Positions 8,560 to 19,709 of a DNA stretch of 64,000 nt are shown piece by piece (position 1 is the first letter of the stretch; each line of letters opens with the position of its first letter). Below the pieces are notes generated by a model. That model worked only from the letters and a program-made list of their open reading frames with translations, searched no databases and had not been told where the DNA came from. Position numbers and translations under genes: made by a program. The stretch is from Meiothermus sp. (GTDB lineage: Bacteria > Deinococcota > Deinococci > Deinococcales > Thermaceae), in contig JBBIUP010000001.1 of NCBI GenBank assembly GCA_037440185.1, positions 17,729 to 81,728 of the forward strand, written 5' to 3'.

Positions 8560-10371
8560 CTACAACCGTCGCTGCAAGAAATCCGCTAGCAGCCGGTAGG
8601 TGCGGATCTTGCCCTGGATGTCGCCGCCGGGGCCATGCCCTTCATCGCCGAATTCGTGGTATTCGAAGTCTTCACCCTCTTTCTTGCCCAGTTGCAGCAA
8701 TTTGTCGCGGAAGATACGGGCCTGGCTGATGGGGCAGCGGGGGTCGTTAACGCCGTGGACGATCATGATCTTGGCTTTGAGCTGGTGGGCGAACTCGATG
8801 GCGCTGCGGTCGCGCCAGAGGGCATGATCCTTCTCGGGGTCGCCCATTTGCGAGCGGAAGTAGTACTTGAAATGCTCCATGTCTTCTTCATAGAGCTTGT
8901 GCAGATCGGTGATGCCCACCCAGGGTACCCCCACCTTGAACACATCAGGCTTCTTGGTGACGGCAATGAAGCTCATGAAGCCCCCAAACGAACCCCCAAA
9001 AATGCCAATGCGTTCAGGGTCTACATAAGGCAGGGCTCTGAGATAGCTAGCTCCGGCTACCACATCTTCCAGGTCGCCCCCGCCCCAGTCTTTGAGGTTA
9101 AGGTCGCGCCATTCCACCCCGTAGCCAGTCGAACCCCGAATATTGGGCTGCAGAATCACATACCCCTGATCCACCAGGAACTGTGCGAACAGGTCGAAGC
9201 TCCGAAAAAACTGTGCAGTGGGCCCACCATGGACGATCACCACCGCAGGCAGCCTGGCCCCCGGCGCGATGTCCTTGGGTTTGTAGAGGAGGGCGGGCAC
9301 TTTGTGTCCATCGTAGCTCTGGTACCAGATATGCTCGTCTTCCACAAATACCGAGGGGTCAATCGAGCCGTACTCGGCAGCCAACAACACTTCATAGGTA
9401 TCACTAGCCAAGTCGTATAAAATTAACTCGGGACGACGGGTGGCGGAGGTGAGCAACACCAAAAGTTTGCTGTCACCCAGCACAAAACTGCTGCCTGCCG
9501 CGATACCCTCGGGCAGTTTCAGCTCTCTGGCTTGTCCAGTTTCGACATGGTAGAGCACCGGCATGATGGCCGAGTGGCGGTTGCGGATCACTGCCAGCCA
9601 CTCGCCATTTTTGGAGAAGCTGGCCGCGTACTCCTCGGTGTCGCTTTGCTGTGGGCTGAACCAGCGGATCTCGCCGCTGTCGAGGTGCAAAATTCCAGCT
9701 CGGTTGCTACCCGAAACATCGGAAGTGAAGGCCACACGTTTTCCATCCGGGTGCCAGTCGGCCACATTGTCCTGCGAACCTTCCTCGAGCGCGAGGATTT
9801 TGCGCATCTCTGTGCCATCGTCGCGCACCAGATAGCTATCCTGGTTTTTCAGGTTGGGTAATTCATTCGAGATAAAAGCCAGCCACTTGCCATCGGGGCT
9901 CCAGCCGCTCGCAAAAGCCGGGGCTTTGAAATGGGTCAGTTGTTTCCACTCGTGGGTTTCGTGCCTCAGGTCGAGCACAAACACGTTCATCTGTCCAGCC
10001 CGGTTGCTCATGACAGCCATGCGGGTGTTGTCGGGGTGTACCTGACCTGCATATTCCTGTGTTTTGGAACTGTCGTCCATCTGCACCACGCTGGCAGAGG
10101 CTAGGTGCAGCTTGAAGAGATTGTTTTGTTCATCGCCGTCTTTATCTTTGGCAAAGATGATCTCGGCGTCGTCCCTGGTCCAGACAAAGCCCGCCCGCAA
10201 CTGGCGCGGGGCCTGTCCGTCGGTAAGCTTTTGCACCTCGCGGGTTTCCAAGTCCATCGTGTACAGCTCGTATCGCCCGGTTTTGTCCCAGTAAAAAGCA
10301 ATTTTCTGGCCGTCCCAACTGGGCGTGACGGCGGCAAAGCTGGGGAGTTTAGCGAGTTCCTCTAAGTTCAT
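8560..10371 (-). CDS. S9 family (acylaminoacyl/prolyl oligo-) peptidase with beta-propeller
   Basis: HGGP, NIRGSTGYG, GGSFGG nucleophile, DPRC, DEGH. Confidence 0.92.
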   Translation of the reverse strand: MNLEELAKLPSFAAVTPSWDGQKIAFYWDKTGRYELYTMDLETREVQKLTDGQAPRQLRAGFVWTRDDAEIIFAKDKDGDEQNNLFKLHLASASVVQMDDSSKTQEYAGQVHPDNTRMAVMSNRAGQMNVFVLDLRHETHEWKQLTHFKAPAFASGWSPDGKWLAFISNELPNLKNQDSYLVRDDGTEMRKILALEEGSQDNVADWHPDGKRVAFTSDVSGSNRAGILHLDSGEIRWFSPQQSDTEEYAASFSKNGEWLAVIRNRHSAIMPVLYHVETGQARELKLPEGIAAGSSFVLGDSKLLVLLTSATRRPELILYDLASDTYEVLLAAEYGSIDPSVFVEDEHIWYQSYDGHKVPALLYKPKDIAPGARLPAVVIVHGGPTAQFFRSFDLFAQFLVDQGYVILQPNIRGSTGYGVEWRDLNLKDWGGGDLEDVVAGASYLRALPYVDPERIGIFGGSFGGFMSFIAVTKKPDVFKVGVPWVGITDLHKLYEEDMEHFKYYFRSQMGDPEKDHALWRDRSAIEFAHQLKAKIMIVHGVNDPRCPISQARIFRDKLLQLGKKEGEDFEYHEFGDEGHGPGGDIQGKIRTYRLLADFLQRRL

Positions 10372-10469
10372 GCCTTGATTCTAGCGGGAAGTTTGGGCAA
10401 AGCGCCAAGAGATTCAATCTGCTCCGCCAACCCTATGGACTATTGGTTCAGGACTTATGCACTACAAGT

Positions 10470-10575
10470 GCCGTCATTGCGAGCGACCGGAGGGAGCGAA
10501 GCAATCCAGGTCGCTCGTCCAGCCAGTCAGCTTGGAGGCCGGTCTGGATTGCTTCGCTCCGCCCGCAATGACAGC
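10470..10575. repeat. REP-like composite inverted repeat (GTCATTGCGAG...GAAGCAATCC type)
   Basis: GTCATTGCG/CGCAATGAC and GGAGCGAAGCAATCCAG (10493-10509)/CTGGATTGCTTCGCTCC (10544-10560). Confidence 0.75.
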
Positions 10576-10757
10576 GGGGCGGAGCGCTCGGTTGATCTGC
10601 CCGACGACCTGTCAGGTCGGGGCGTGAGTACTAGGGAGGTTACCGGAACTACCGCACCGGAGCAGGGGTGACGAACGCCATAGGGAAGACGGTTTGCCAT
10701 CCTAATGCTGGGCAGTCTTAACGCAAACCGCCCTAGCTATCGGCTATCAACCCAAAT

Positions 10758-11600
10758 TTAGAACACTTCCTCACCCGTCCGGCGGCCCTTGATGCGCTTG
10801 AGCTGGGCAACCAGTACAAAACTGACGATAAAGAGCAATGACCAGGAGGTAAGCTTGGAGATTGAGACCATTTCCCAGCCATCGGCCTGGTTGGGGTACT
10901 GCCAAGCACCCAGGTAGGTTCCGATGTTCTCGGCAATCCAGATGAAAGACGCAACCAACAAAAAGCCTGCTTTGACCGGCAGCCAGAACTCGCGCACCGG
11001 GGCTATGGCCGGATTGGGGCGGCTGAAGGGTTTTTCCGAGAGGCTGAAGTAGATGCGGGTGCGCCAGTAAGCCACAAACAGGCCCCCGATGATCAGCCAG
11101 CGAATGTCGTAGACAACGGCATTGGTGTAGAAGTTGCCGTAGATCAGCAGCACAAACAGCCAATTGACCCAGCCAGGCGGGAAATTCTCGAGCCGCAGAT
11201 GCAACCGCCGCCAGGCCTGGGTGATGTAGCTGGCCACTGCCGCGTACATGAAGCCAGCGAAGAGCGGCACGCCCAACACCTTGGTGTAGGCATCGCCAGG
11301 ATAGGCCCAGGAACCCAGGTTGACCTTGTAGATTTCCATGGCCATCGCAATCGCATGGAAAAGGGTGATGGTTTTGAGTTCGTCCACCGTCTCGACCCCA
11401 AGGCCCCAGACCATCCAGATCTGGATAAGAATGCAGCACAGCAGCAGAAAGTCGTAGCGAGGGAGGCCAGGAATTTCGACGAATCTAGTCAGAAGCAAAA
11501 GTAGCAAAATCAGGCCAGGGAAGAAGCAACTGGCGGCTTCTTGGTAGGTAAAATTCAGGAGTAAATTCCAGGCTCTGGGGCGCGAAAACGAGGGTTGCAT
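10758..11600 (-). CDS. DUF817 family membrane protein
   Basis: RYDFLL, ETVDELKTITLFH, GFMYAAVASY, WIAENIGT, WQYPNQ motifs. Confidence 0.8.
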   Translation of the reverse strand: MQPSFSRPRAWNLLLNFTYQEAASCFFPGLILLLLLLTRFVEIPGLPRYDFLLLCCILIQIWMVWGLGVETVDELKTITLFHAIAMAMEIYKVNLGSWAYPGDAYTKVLGVPLFAGFMYAAVASYITQAWRRLHLRLENFPPGWVNWLFVLLIYGNFYTNAVVYDIRWLIIGGLFVAYWRTRIYFSLSEKPFSRPNPAIAPVREFWLPVKAGFLLVASFIWIAENIGTYLGAWQYPNQADGWEMVSISKLTSWSLLFIVSFVLVAQLKRIKGRRTGEEVF

Positions 11601-11745
11601 TGGCCTCAGGCTAGCAGATAAACCAGATTGGCTTGGGTCAATCTACGCCGTAGTAGGCTTGACGAACCACAGCAGCCTATCTTCCAAGACGCAGTAGCCC
11701 GATGCATACCGAGCCGGTGGCAGTGATATGCAAACCAGGGGGAAC

Positions 11746-12342
11746 TCAGTAGCTGATGACAGGAGCCTTGCCGATGTAGCCGGAGTCGGCCAGCACCTTG
11801 AGGATAAAGTCGGCCACGTCGGCTCTCGAGATTCTTCCCCGTCCGCTCTTGCCGGTTTTGTAGATTCCAGTTTTGGGGTCGTTGGTCAGGCCAGTGGGCC
11901 GGGCAATTGTCCAGTCCAACCCACTTTCCATCAGGGTCTTTTCCTGGCGCTGGTGCTCCTCCAGCGCCGCTCTGAGAAAGAGCCATGCAGCGTTAGCGAT
12001 CAAGCCTTTGCGGCTATCCCCAACTCCAAATGAACTCACCGCGACCACCCGCCGGACACCGTGCAGCTGCATGGCCCGCACGACGTGGGCAGTGCCCTGG
12101 CTGCGGGTCTGGTCGCCCAACTGGCTGCCTGCACCCAGCGCGATCACCACTGCATCACGGCCCTGAACTGCTCTGGAGACAGCATCGAGGTCGAACACAT
12201 CGCCCTGTGCGACTTTGAGATTGGGATGATCGGGAAACGAAGGGCTTCTAGCAAAAGCTGTTACGCAGTGCCCTTGTTCCAAGGCTTGCTGTACGACTTG
12301 AAACCCGACCCCTCGAGAAGCACCGAAGACTACGATTTGCAT
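11746..12342 (-). CDS. NAD(P)-binding SDR/flavin reductase-like protein
   Basis: IVVFGASRGVG, LDWTIARP, ISRADVA. Confidence 0.85.
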   Translation of the reverse strand: MQIVVFGASRGVGFQVVQQALEQGHCVTAFARSPSFPDHPNLKVAQGDVFDLDAVSRAVQGRDAVVIALGAGSQLGDQTRSQGTAHVVRAMQLHGVRRVVAVSSFGVGDSRKGLIANAAWLFLRAALEEHQRQEKTLMESGLDWTIARPTGLTNDPKTGIYKTGKSGRGRISRADVADFILKVLADSGYIGKAPVISY

Positions 12343-12501
12343 GTCCACAAAATAACCATACGGGCACAACTTAGGGCGGTTTCAGGACATAACCCGGGGT
12401 ATCTGCAGCCGAAAACTTCACCAGGGAGGCGGTTCGCCTACCGAAGAGGGATAGTATCCATACGCGAACCGCCCCAATACGCCCCTATGTCACCAAAAGG
12501 C

Positions 12502-14757
12502 CTATTGGACGTTGAGCGAGATGGTGGTGAGTGGCGGGTCGGTCTCGGGTGCACCGGTCTGGCGCACCTCGTAGGTAATCTGACCTGGGCCAGGGTCGGA
12601 GAAGTAGCTCCAGCCACAAGCAGCGCTGAGGGGTAGGTCTTTGCGCCCAATCACCCGATCCCCACGCCTGACCAGTACCGAATAACTGCTGGCCGAGCCC
12701 ACCCCCCCAAAGCGGAAGGGCCTCGAGACCGTGCCCCCCGCTTGCAGGTTGGAAAGCGAGAAGCTCTGGCTACAGATGGCTCCAGCCTGGGCCTCAGGCA
12801 CTACCAGCGAAATCCGGGTTCCCGAGGTTGCGCCTTCGGCTCGCACCTCGTAGGTGCGGGTTCCGCCAGTAGGTGGCGGGACATTCAAGCTCCACAGACC
12901 GTTGCCGTCGGCAGTCACCCGCCCGAGGCTGGCCCCGTCTTCAAAGATCTCCACGGTCTGACCCGGCTGGGCCGTACCCTGGAGGGTAAAGCCGGTAGCT
13001 GCTACTGAGGCCCCATCCGAAGGCACAGAGAAAGCAGGCTCCGCCGGAAGCGTGGCGGTGACAATGGTACTGGCTCCGGTCATCTGTCCGGGGCGACGCG
13101 CCTCGTAGGTATGTGCCCCGGCCACCAGGGCTGAAGGAAGTGCCGAAGCAGCCACCGGGAAACTCCATTTACCATCCGAACCCACCGTCACCACACCTAG
13201 AGGGTTGCCGTTGTCGAAGAGCTCGAGGGTTTCGCCTGGTTTACCAGCACCCTGCAGGATATAGCTTCCGGCCACCAGGGTCGCGCCACCCGCAGGAGCC
13301 GTGATGGTTACGGCCGCTACCGCTGGGGCCAGGCCGGTGCTGAAGGCCCGCAAGCCCAGCCCAGGCAGAACAGAGAGCAGTCCCAACAAACCCAGGGCAG
13401 CCAGCAAGATACCCAGCACAGGCGTACCCATCCGCGCCGCTGGGGCCATCAATCCCTGGGTCAGACCCATGGGTGCTGCAGCCACCGGAATACCCGGTGC
13501 TTCCGAGCTGCCAAACTGGGCCAGGGCTGCCTCAGCCTCGCGGTCTTCGGCTTCTTGCACGGGCGTGGGCTTGCTAAAAATCAGGAAGAAGGTCTTGAGG
13601 TAGTAGTAAGCGCCAATGGCCGAGGTGATGAGGGCCAGCACCACCAGTCCGTAGAAACCGGCCTGGGCTGCCTCCTGGAAAACCAGGTATTTGGCCCAGA
13701 AACCGGCCAGTGGTGGTAGCCCCAGCACCGATAGTATGCCAAGGCCCATCGCCCCACCCAAAAGCGGCTTGCGATACCAGAGCCCTCGCAGACGTTCCAG
13801 GGGCACGTCCTGGTTAGATAGCATCGAGAGCACTGCAAAGATAAGGCCGGTAGCCAGGCCATAGGTCAACAGGTAGAAAGGAATGGTGGCCTGTCCAGTA
13901 GGGCCAAAGAGCCCCAACCCGATATAGCCGGCATTGGCGATGGAGGAGTAGGCAAAAAGCCGCTTGGCTTCGGTCTGCGACAAAGCTCCCAGATTCCCAA
14001 AGAGGGTGGTGAGAGCAATCAGCGCGGCCATCCCGATGCCCCAGGCTTCTAGACCTTCGGGGGTGAAGATGCGCAGCATGGCGGCAAAAGCCGCCGCCTT
14101 TACCGCCGTCGCCATGAAAAGCGTGACCACGGTAGGGCTACCCTGGTACACATCGGGCGACCACCACTGGAAGGGCACCATGGCAGTCTTGAAGGCAAAG
14201 GCCGCCATGATCAAGAACAATCCCGCAATATAGAGCGGCCCCGAGCCAGTAGCTCCTACGTTAAAGCTGCCGGTTGCGCCAAAGTAGAGCGCAATCCCAT
14301 AGAGGAACATGGCCGCGCCCAGCGCTCCCAGCAAGAAATATTTCAGACCCGCCTCGAAGCCTTTCTCATCGCGCTGCCAGGTCGCCAGAACATACAGAGG
14401 CAGCGAGAACACTTCCAGCGCAATCACCAAGACCACCAGGTTAGGGCTGCTGGCCATGATGTGCATACCCGCCACGGCGTAGAGCACCAGCAGCGGAAAC
14501 TCGAACTTTTTGGCTGGGCCTAGAAACAGGGCCCACAACCCACCCAAAATCGCTACCAGGGTAAGGCCCCGCGCCAGGGTGTCGAAGCGGTAAAGCCCGC
14601 CAAAAGCTTCTAGGGTCTGACCCCATCCCACCACGCAGAACAGGCCCGCTAGGATCAGACCCGCCACCGTGATCCAACGGTTGGCCTCCCTCGAGATCAC
14701 AAATGCCAGCAACGAGAGCACCGTGGCGAAGCCAACAAGGATGTATAAGGTTAGCAT
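12502..14757 (-). CDS. nuoN: NADH-quinone oxidoreductase subunit N (Nqo14) with a C-terminal extension of about 3 Ig-like domains
   Basis: EAGLKYFLLG, PFQWWSPDVYQGSP, KRLFAYSSI, GLPPLAGFWAK, followed by about 270 aa of beta-rich repeats. Confidence 0.9.
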   Translation of the reverse strand: MLTLYILVGFATVLSLLAFVISREANRWITVAGLILAGLFCVVGWGQTLEAFGGLYRFDTLARGLTLVAILGGLWALFLGPAKKFEFPLLVLYAVAGMHIMASSPNLVVLVIALEVFSLPLYVLATWQRDEKGFEAGLKYFLLGALGAAMFLYGIALYFGATGSFNVGATGSGPLYIAGLFLIMAAFAFKTAMVPFQWWSPDVYQGSPTVVTLFMATAVKAAAFAAMLRIFTPEGLEAWGIGMAALIALTTLFGNLGALSQTEAKRLFAYSSIANAGYIGLGLFGPTGQATIPFYLLTYGLATGLIFAVLSMLSNQDVPLERLRGLWYRKPLLGGAMGLGILSVLGLPPLAGFWAKYLVFQEAAQAGFYGLVVLALITSAIGAYYYLKTFFLIFSKPTPVQEAEDREAEAALAQFGSSEAPGIPVAAAPMGLTQGLMAPAARMGTPVLGILLAALGLLGLLSVLPGLGLRAFSTGLAPAVAAVTITAPAGGATLVAGSYILQGAGKPGETLELFDNGNPLGVVTVGSDGKWSFPVAASALPSALVAGAHTYEARRPGQMTGASTIVTATLPAEPAFSVPSDGASVAATGFTLQGTAQPGQTVEIFEDGASLGRVTADGNGLWSLNVPPPTGGTRTYEVRAEGATSGTRISLVVPEAQAGAICSQSFSLSNLQAGGTVSRPFRFGGVGSASSYSVLVRRGDRVIGRKDLPLSAACGWSYFSDPGPGQITYEVRQTGAPETDPPLTTISLNVQ

Positions 14758-14821
14758 GCGCCACCTCCGTTGGGGCTAAAGGCCACCGCCTGACCTGCCC
14801 TCGGCTTCAGACTTTGGGCTT

Positions 14822-16243
14822 TCATGACGCACCCCCGAACAGCGCGGCAATGGCCTTGCCTAAGGGCTCGAGGTACACCGTGAAGAGCTTGGGGTAGAGG
14901 CCCATCAGGAGCAGCACCCCTACCGTTACGGCAGCAAAGACCCACTCGCGCGAGTCCATATCCGGCACAGCCTGGGCCTGGGCATTCTCCTGAAAGAGCT
15001 TCTGAAAAGCCGTGAGCGCATAGGCCGCCGCAGCGATGACCGCAAGGAATGCTACCAGGGTTAACCAGGGTGAGACCTGATAGGCCCCCAGCAAAGCCAT
15101 CAGCTCACCGGGGAAGCCCGATAGTCCCGGTAACCCAATCATGGCCATCAGGATGAACATACCCAACACGTAGAGCGCCGGGGTGTGCTTGGCGAGACCG
15201 CGTACCGGGGCCACCTCGAGGCTCCCGGTGCGCTTGTATACCAGGCCCACAAACAGGAACATGGCCGAACCGTAGATCATCGAAGCACCCAACAAATATA
15301 GCGCTCCTACCGTGCCTTCCATGTTTCCACTAAACAAACCCAACGCCCCGATGCCCATGTGCGAGACCCCCGCATAGGCCAGCAGGGTTTTCCAATCGGG
15401 TGCACTGAAAGCCACCCAGGCCGCATAGAGCGCCCCAAAGGCCGCCAGGAACAGCATCAGCCCCTGCCACTGCTCGAAGCCTTCCGGCATCAGCGGGATG
15501 GCCCACTTGAAAAAAGCAAAGATGCCTACCTTGTATAGCGTGCCCATGGCGTCGGCCAGGCCGGAGGGGTGGTTTTGCTGGTGGAAGCTGGGTAGCCAGG
15601 CATGCAATGGAAAGAGGGGGGTCTTGACTGCCAGGGCCACCAAAAAGCCCAGAAAGGCCAGCGCAGCGGCCTGTCCAGTCAGCGGGTTGGCTGCTAGGTC
15701 GGTGAATAGAAAACTATCGGCCCCGCCCAGATAGCGAACCGCGAAGATCGAGGCCAGCATAGGCAGCGAGCCTACCAGCGTGAAAATCGCAAAGATATAG
15801 ATCGCTCGCAACCGATCGGGCCCACCATAGAACCACAGCATCAAGAGTGCAGGAATCAGGGTGGCTTCAAAGAAAGCGTAGAAGAAAATCAGGTCTTGAG
15901 CCGCAAAGATGCCCAGCAACCCGGTCTGCATCATCAGCGCGAAGGCCAGGAACCGCACCGGTACGTCGGCAATCCATACACCCAGCAACACCACCAGGCT
16001 CACTGCAATCCACAGCAGCAGGCCTGCCCCATCAAGCCCCACCGCGTAGTAGACTCCCACCTCTGGCAGGAAAGCCGTCTGACTGGCGTAGGCCACACCT
16101 TGGCCGCCGTAACCGGCAAAAAGAATGAGCGAAATCACCAGGCTTACCGTCGCCGAGGCAATCGCAAAGGTACGGCCCAGACTCGGTACGAAAATCAGCA
16201 ACAAACCCGCCAGGAGGGGCAACCACAGTCCCACATGAATCAT
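14822..16243 (-). CDS. nuoM: NADH-quinone oxidoreductase subunit M
   Basis: [32 protein letters not shown]; operon position. Confidence 0.95.
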   Translation of the reverse strand: MIHVGLWLPLLAGLLLIFVPSLGRTFAIASATVSLVISLILFAGYGGQGVAYASQTAFLPEVGVYYAVGLDGAGLLLWIAVSLVVLLGVWIADVPVRFLAFALMMQTGLLGIFAAQDLIFFYAFFEATLIPALLMLWFYGGPDRLRAIYIFAIFTLVGSLPMLASIFAVRYLGGADSFLFTDLAANPLTGQAAALAFLGFLVALAVKTPLFPLHAWLPSFHQQNHPSGLADAMGTLYKVGIFAFFKWAIPLMPEGFEQWQGLMLFLAAFGALYAAWVAFSAPDWKTLLAYAGVSHMGIGALGLFSGNMEGTVGALYLLGASMIYGSAMFLFVGLVYKRTGSLEVAPVRGLAKHTPALYVLGMFILMAMIGLPGLSGFPGELMALLGAYQVSPWLTLVAFLAVIAAAAYALTAFQKLFQENAQAQAVPDMDSREWVFAAVTVGVLLLMGLYPKLFTVYLEPLGKAIAALFGGAS

Positions 16244-18072
16244 CGCAACACCCCCCAGCCCACCAGCAGTACCAGCGCAATCAATAGTCCTGCTAAGTAA
16301 AAGCGCAGCGCGCCGGTCTCGAGCTTCGCCAGCAAGTTCCCCAGTCCTCCCATCAGGCTGCCCAGCCCGGCAAAGCCGGTAAGGATACCCCTATCACCAC
16401 CCAATAGCACCTCCGCCAGCGACTTCATGGGATTGACAAAAAGAGTGTTGTAGAGTGTATCGGCGTAGAAACCATTGAGCGCCCAGGTCTGGAAGTGGGT
16501 GTACCACTGCGGCATTTTTTGCTGGAAGAAGCGAAAGCCCCACCAGAGCGCGGTAATCGCCACCGCCGCCGATACGATGATCAACACCCATTCGGTGAGC
16601 ACCGGCAGCTTCTCGTGGCCGAAATCCCCGATGGCCTTTTTGAGGAAGGGGCTGATAAAGTTCTCGTAGTCAATCACATAGGGCAGACCGATAAACCCGA
16701 CCCCCAGTGCGCCCACACTGAGGATGTGGTTGGGCCAGAGCATCACCGGCGGGCTTTCGTGGGGATGCTCCTTACCGCGGTAGTCCCCCCAGAAAACCAG
16801 TACATACCAACGTATCGAGTAAAGCGCCGCCAGCACCGAAGCACCCAGCATCAGCACCCAGAGCCAGGGGCCATACTCGAAGGAGTAGGCCAGGATGGCG
16901 TCCTTCGACCAGAAACCTGCCAGGGGCACCAGACCCCCCGAGGCAAAAGCAGCTACCAGGCCATGCAGGTGTGTGGAGGGCAGATACTTGCGCATTCCCC
17001 CCATCGCTCGCACGTCCTGTTCACCGCCCAGAGCGTGAATGACTGAGCCCGAGGTCATGAACATCAGGGCCTTGAAGAAGGCGTGTGTCACGATGTGAAA
17101 GATGGCCACCCAGTAGGCCCCCACCCCCACAGCCACAAACATGAAGCCAAGCTGCGAGAGAGTCGTGTAGGCCACGATGCGCTTGATGTCCCACTGGCCC
17201 AGTGAGCAAAGTGCCCCGTAGATAGCGGTGAGCAGACCGATGGCCACAATCAGACCCGACAAGAAGGCATCGTCGTGCAGCATGAAGGCGTGACGAACCA
17301 ACAGGTAGACCCCCGCCGTCACCATGGTAGCAGCGTGGATCAGCGCCGAGACCGGGGTAGGGCCAGCCATCGCGTCGGGCAACCAGACCATCAAAGGAAC
17401 CTGGGCGCTCTTGCCGATAGCCCCGATGAGCAGAAAGAAACCGGCCAGCGTGAGGGTGGTGAAGCTATAACCGCCCGCCTCCACTTTCCCCACCAATTCA
17501 GAGATCGAAAGGGTGCCAAACATGCTCCAGAGCAAGCCCATGGCCAGCAAAAAACCCAGGTCGCCTATGCGGTTGACGATGAAAGCCTTGCGGGCCGAAT
17601 CGGCATTGACCCGCTCGTGGTACCAGAAGCCGATCAGTAAATAGGAGGCCAGTCCCACGCCCTCCCAACCGATGAAGACCACCGGCAGGCTGTCACCCAG
17701 GATCAGCACCAGCATGGCCGCGATGAACAGGTTGAAGTAGCTGAAGAAGCGGCTATAGCCAGGGTCGCCGTGCATGTAGCCGATAGCCCAAACGTGGATT
17801 AAGAAGCCCACCCCGGCCACCACCATCAGCATGATGCCCGAGAGGTTGTCGAGGTTGAAACTCAAAGGAATCCCCGGCAACCATTCCGAAAGCGCCCATC
17901 TGGCCCCGCCCTGCAACACCAAGAACAGGCCCAGGAGGAAACTGCCCAGCACCAGCAAGGAGGCCAGCCAGCCAGCGGTGGGCTCTCCGATACGCTTACC
18001 AAACAAACCCAGAATCACAAACCCCAGCAGGGGCAGTGCGATGATCAGGGGTAGGAGAATGGTCTCTTGCAC
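16240..18072 (-). CDS. nuoL: NADH-quinone oxidoreductase subunit L
   Basis: [44 protein letters not shown]. Confidence 0.97.
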   Translation of the reverse strand: MQETILLPLIIALPLLGFVILGLFGKRIGEPTAGWLASLLVLGSFLLGLFLVLQGGARWALSEWLPGIPLSFNLDNLSGIMLMVVAGVGFLIHVWAIGYMHGDPGYSRFFSYFNLFIAAMLVLILGDSLPVVFIGWEGVGLASYLLIGFWYHERVNADSARKAFIVNRIGDLGFLLAMGLLWSMFGTLSISELVGKVEAGGYSFTTLTLAGFFLLIGAIGKSAQVPLMVWLPDAMAGPTPVSALIHAATMVTAGVYLLVRHAFMLHDDAFLSGLIVAIGLLTAIYGALCSLGQWDIKRIVAYTTLSQLGFMFVAVGVGAYWVAIFHIVTHAFFKALMFMTSGSVIHALGGEQDVRAMGGMRKYLPSTHLHGLVAAFASGGLVPLAGFWSKDAILAYSFEYGPWLWVLMLGASVLAALYSIRWYVLVFWGDYRGKEHPHESPPVMLWPNHILSVGALGVGFIGLPYVIDYENFISPFLKKAIGDFGHEKLPVLTEWVLIIVSAAVAITALWWGFRFFQQKMPQWYTHFQTWALNGFYADTLYNTLFVNPMKSLAEVLLGGDRGILTGFAGLGSLMGGLGNLLAKLETGALRFYLAGLLIALVLLVGWGVLR

Positions 18073-18075
18073 GAT

Positions 18076-18366
18076 TTACCCCCTCAGTTGCCGCAGCTCG
18101 TCTACACTGGTGGTCTCGCGGCGGCGGAAGATAGCCACAATCAGGCCCAGGCCCACCGCCACTTCTGCTGCCGCAATGGCGATAATGAAGAGCACCACCA
18201 CCTGGGCATCTAAGCTGCCGGTGAGCTTGGAGAAACTAATTAACGAAAGTGCAGCCGCATTTAACATCAGCTCGATAGAAAGGAACACCAAAATAGCCGT
18301 TCGCCGGGTGAGCGCCCCATAAGCCCCAATCGAAAACAGCAAAGCGGAAGCTACCAGCCAGATCAT
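18076..18366 (-). CDS. nuoK: NADH-quinone oxidoreductase subunit K
   Basis: SIELMLNA, AAAEVAVGL. Confidence 0.95.
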   Translation of the reverse strand: MIWLVASALLFSIGAYGALTRRTAILVFLSIELMLNAAALSLISFSKLTGSLDAQVVVLFIIAIAAAEVAVGLGLIVAIFRRRETTSVDELRQLRG

Positions 18367-18962
18367 CGCTTCACCACCGCCTTTTCATCTTTCTGCTCGG
18401 CCAGGGGTGGATTGGGCTGGTCATCGCGGCGGGGATGGGCTGGATGGCCGGTGGCTGCGATGATGCGCTCGGGCTCCACCAGCACCACCGCAGCAACCGT
18501 TGCCACCAACAGCAAGAAACCCACCACCAAAAGTGCATAGAGCCACTTCTCGGGGTCGTAAAGCAGCGGCCCCAGGGCTTGAGGCAGGCCGCCGCCCAGG
18601 GAAGGTGGGCCGGTTGGCGGCTGAAAACGGGTCACGGCAAAGATCAACACTCCAGCCAGACCCAACGCACCAAGGCCCGCCACCCAGGGCAGCCGGGGCA
18701 TCAGATCCTGGCCGACATTGGCATTGGCTGCCGAAAGCAACATAATCACAAACAAAAACAGCACCACAATCGCCCCGGCATATACGATGATCTGTACCAT
18801 AGCCACGAAGCGGGCTTCCAGTGCTACATACACACCAGCCACCACTAGAAAATTGGCGATCAGTGCGATGGCCGCATGCACGGCATTTTGCAGCCGCACC
18901 ACCGCAATGGCAGTACCTGCCAGCAACAGCAGTGCGAGGATTTCCCAAAAACCGACACTCAT
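18363..18962 (-). CDS. nuoJ: NADH-quinone oxidoreductase subunit J
   Basis: QIIVYAGAIVVLFLFVIML; GGAGG RBS before ATG 18962. Confidence 0.95.
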   Translation of the reverse strand: MSVGFWEILALLLLAGTAIAVVRLQNAVHAAIALIANFLVVAGVYVALEARFVAMVQIIVYAGAIVVLFLFVIMLLSAANANVGQDLMPRLPWVAGLGALGLAGVLIFAVTRFQPPTGPPSLGGGLPQALGPLLYDPEKWLYALLVVGFLLLVATVAAVVLVEPERIIAATGHPAHPRRDDQPNPPLAEQKDEKAVVKR

Positions 18963-19117
18963 TGATTCCTCCAAGGGAGCCCTGGGTTTGGGGTCAGGCG
19001 TCTAGGGTCAAGCATGATATGGGAGATTCTAACCTCAAATTTTGCTTGTGTAGCACCCTTTACGGGCTTTGGTTTTATCATGCCTCGAGGCTCAACCCTA
19101 AACACAAAGCCCTCTAC

Positions 19118-19660
19118 TCACTTTTTCGGCTTGGGTGGATTCACACCCTCGAGTTCTGCCCGTGCATAGGGTACGCTGTAGCCCTTCTTGACGGGCTTGC
19201 CTGTATAGGCAGCCTCGCGGCGCTGCGGCTTGGTACCCTCCACCTCCACCAGCATGTCCTCCTTACCATAGACAAAGTCGGAGTAGCGGTAATCGGCCAT
19301 CTCAAAGTCGTACCCCATCACCACTGCGCCAGTGGGGCAGGCCTCCTCGCACAACCCACAGAAAATGCAGCGCAACATGTTGATCTCGTAGACCTGGGCA
19401 TAGCGCTCGCCTGCACTCACCGGATTGTGGGGGTCGTTCTCGGCGGCTTCCACGTAGATGGCATAGGCCGGGCAAGCCGCCGCGCACAGCGAACAGCCGA
19501 TGCACTTTTCCAGGCCATTGGGGTGCCGGGTCAGCACATGCCGTCCGTGAAAGCGCGGCTTGAGGGGCACCGGAGCATCCGGATAGGGAATGGTCACGGG
19601 TTTGGAAAACAAAGCTTTGAGCGTGATGCCCATGCTTTGGGCCAGTGCAGCAATGCTCAT
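19118..19660 (-). CDS. nuoI: NADH-quinone oxidoreductase subunit I
   Basis: [12 protein letters not shown] and [12 protein letters not shown] ferredoxin motifs. Confidence 0.97.
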   Translation of the reverse strand: MSIAALAQSMGITLKALFSKPVTIPYPDAPVPLKPRFHGRHVLTRHPNGLEKCIGCSLCAAACPAYAIYVEAAENDPHNPVSAGERYAQVYEINMLRCIFCGLCEEACPTGAVVMGYDFEMADYRYSDFVYGKEDMLVEVEGTKPQRREAAYTGKPVKKGYSVPYARAELEGVNPPKPKK

Positions 19661-19709
19661 GTATCAACTCCTTTCGCTAGACCTGAGCCCTATACGCCCA
19701 GTTGTGTAA

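Noticed and set aside
18959-19081. 40-aa ORF between nuoI and nuoJ
   Set aside because: No family features, partly heptamer-repeat sequence; likely spurious.
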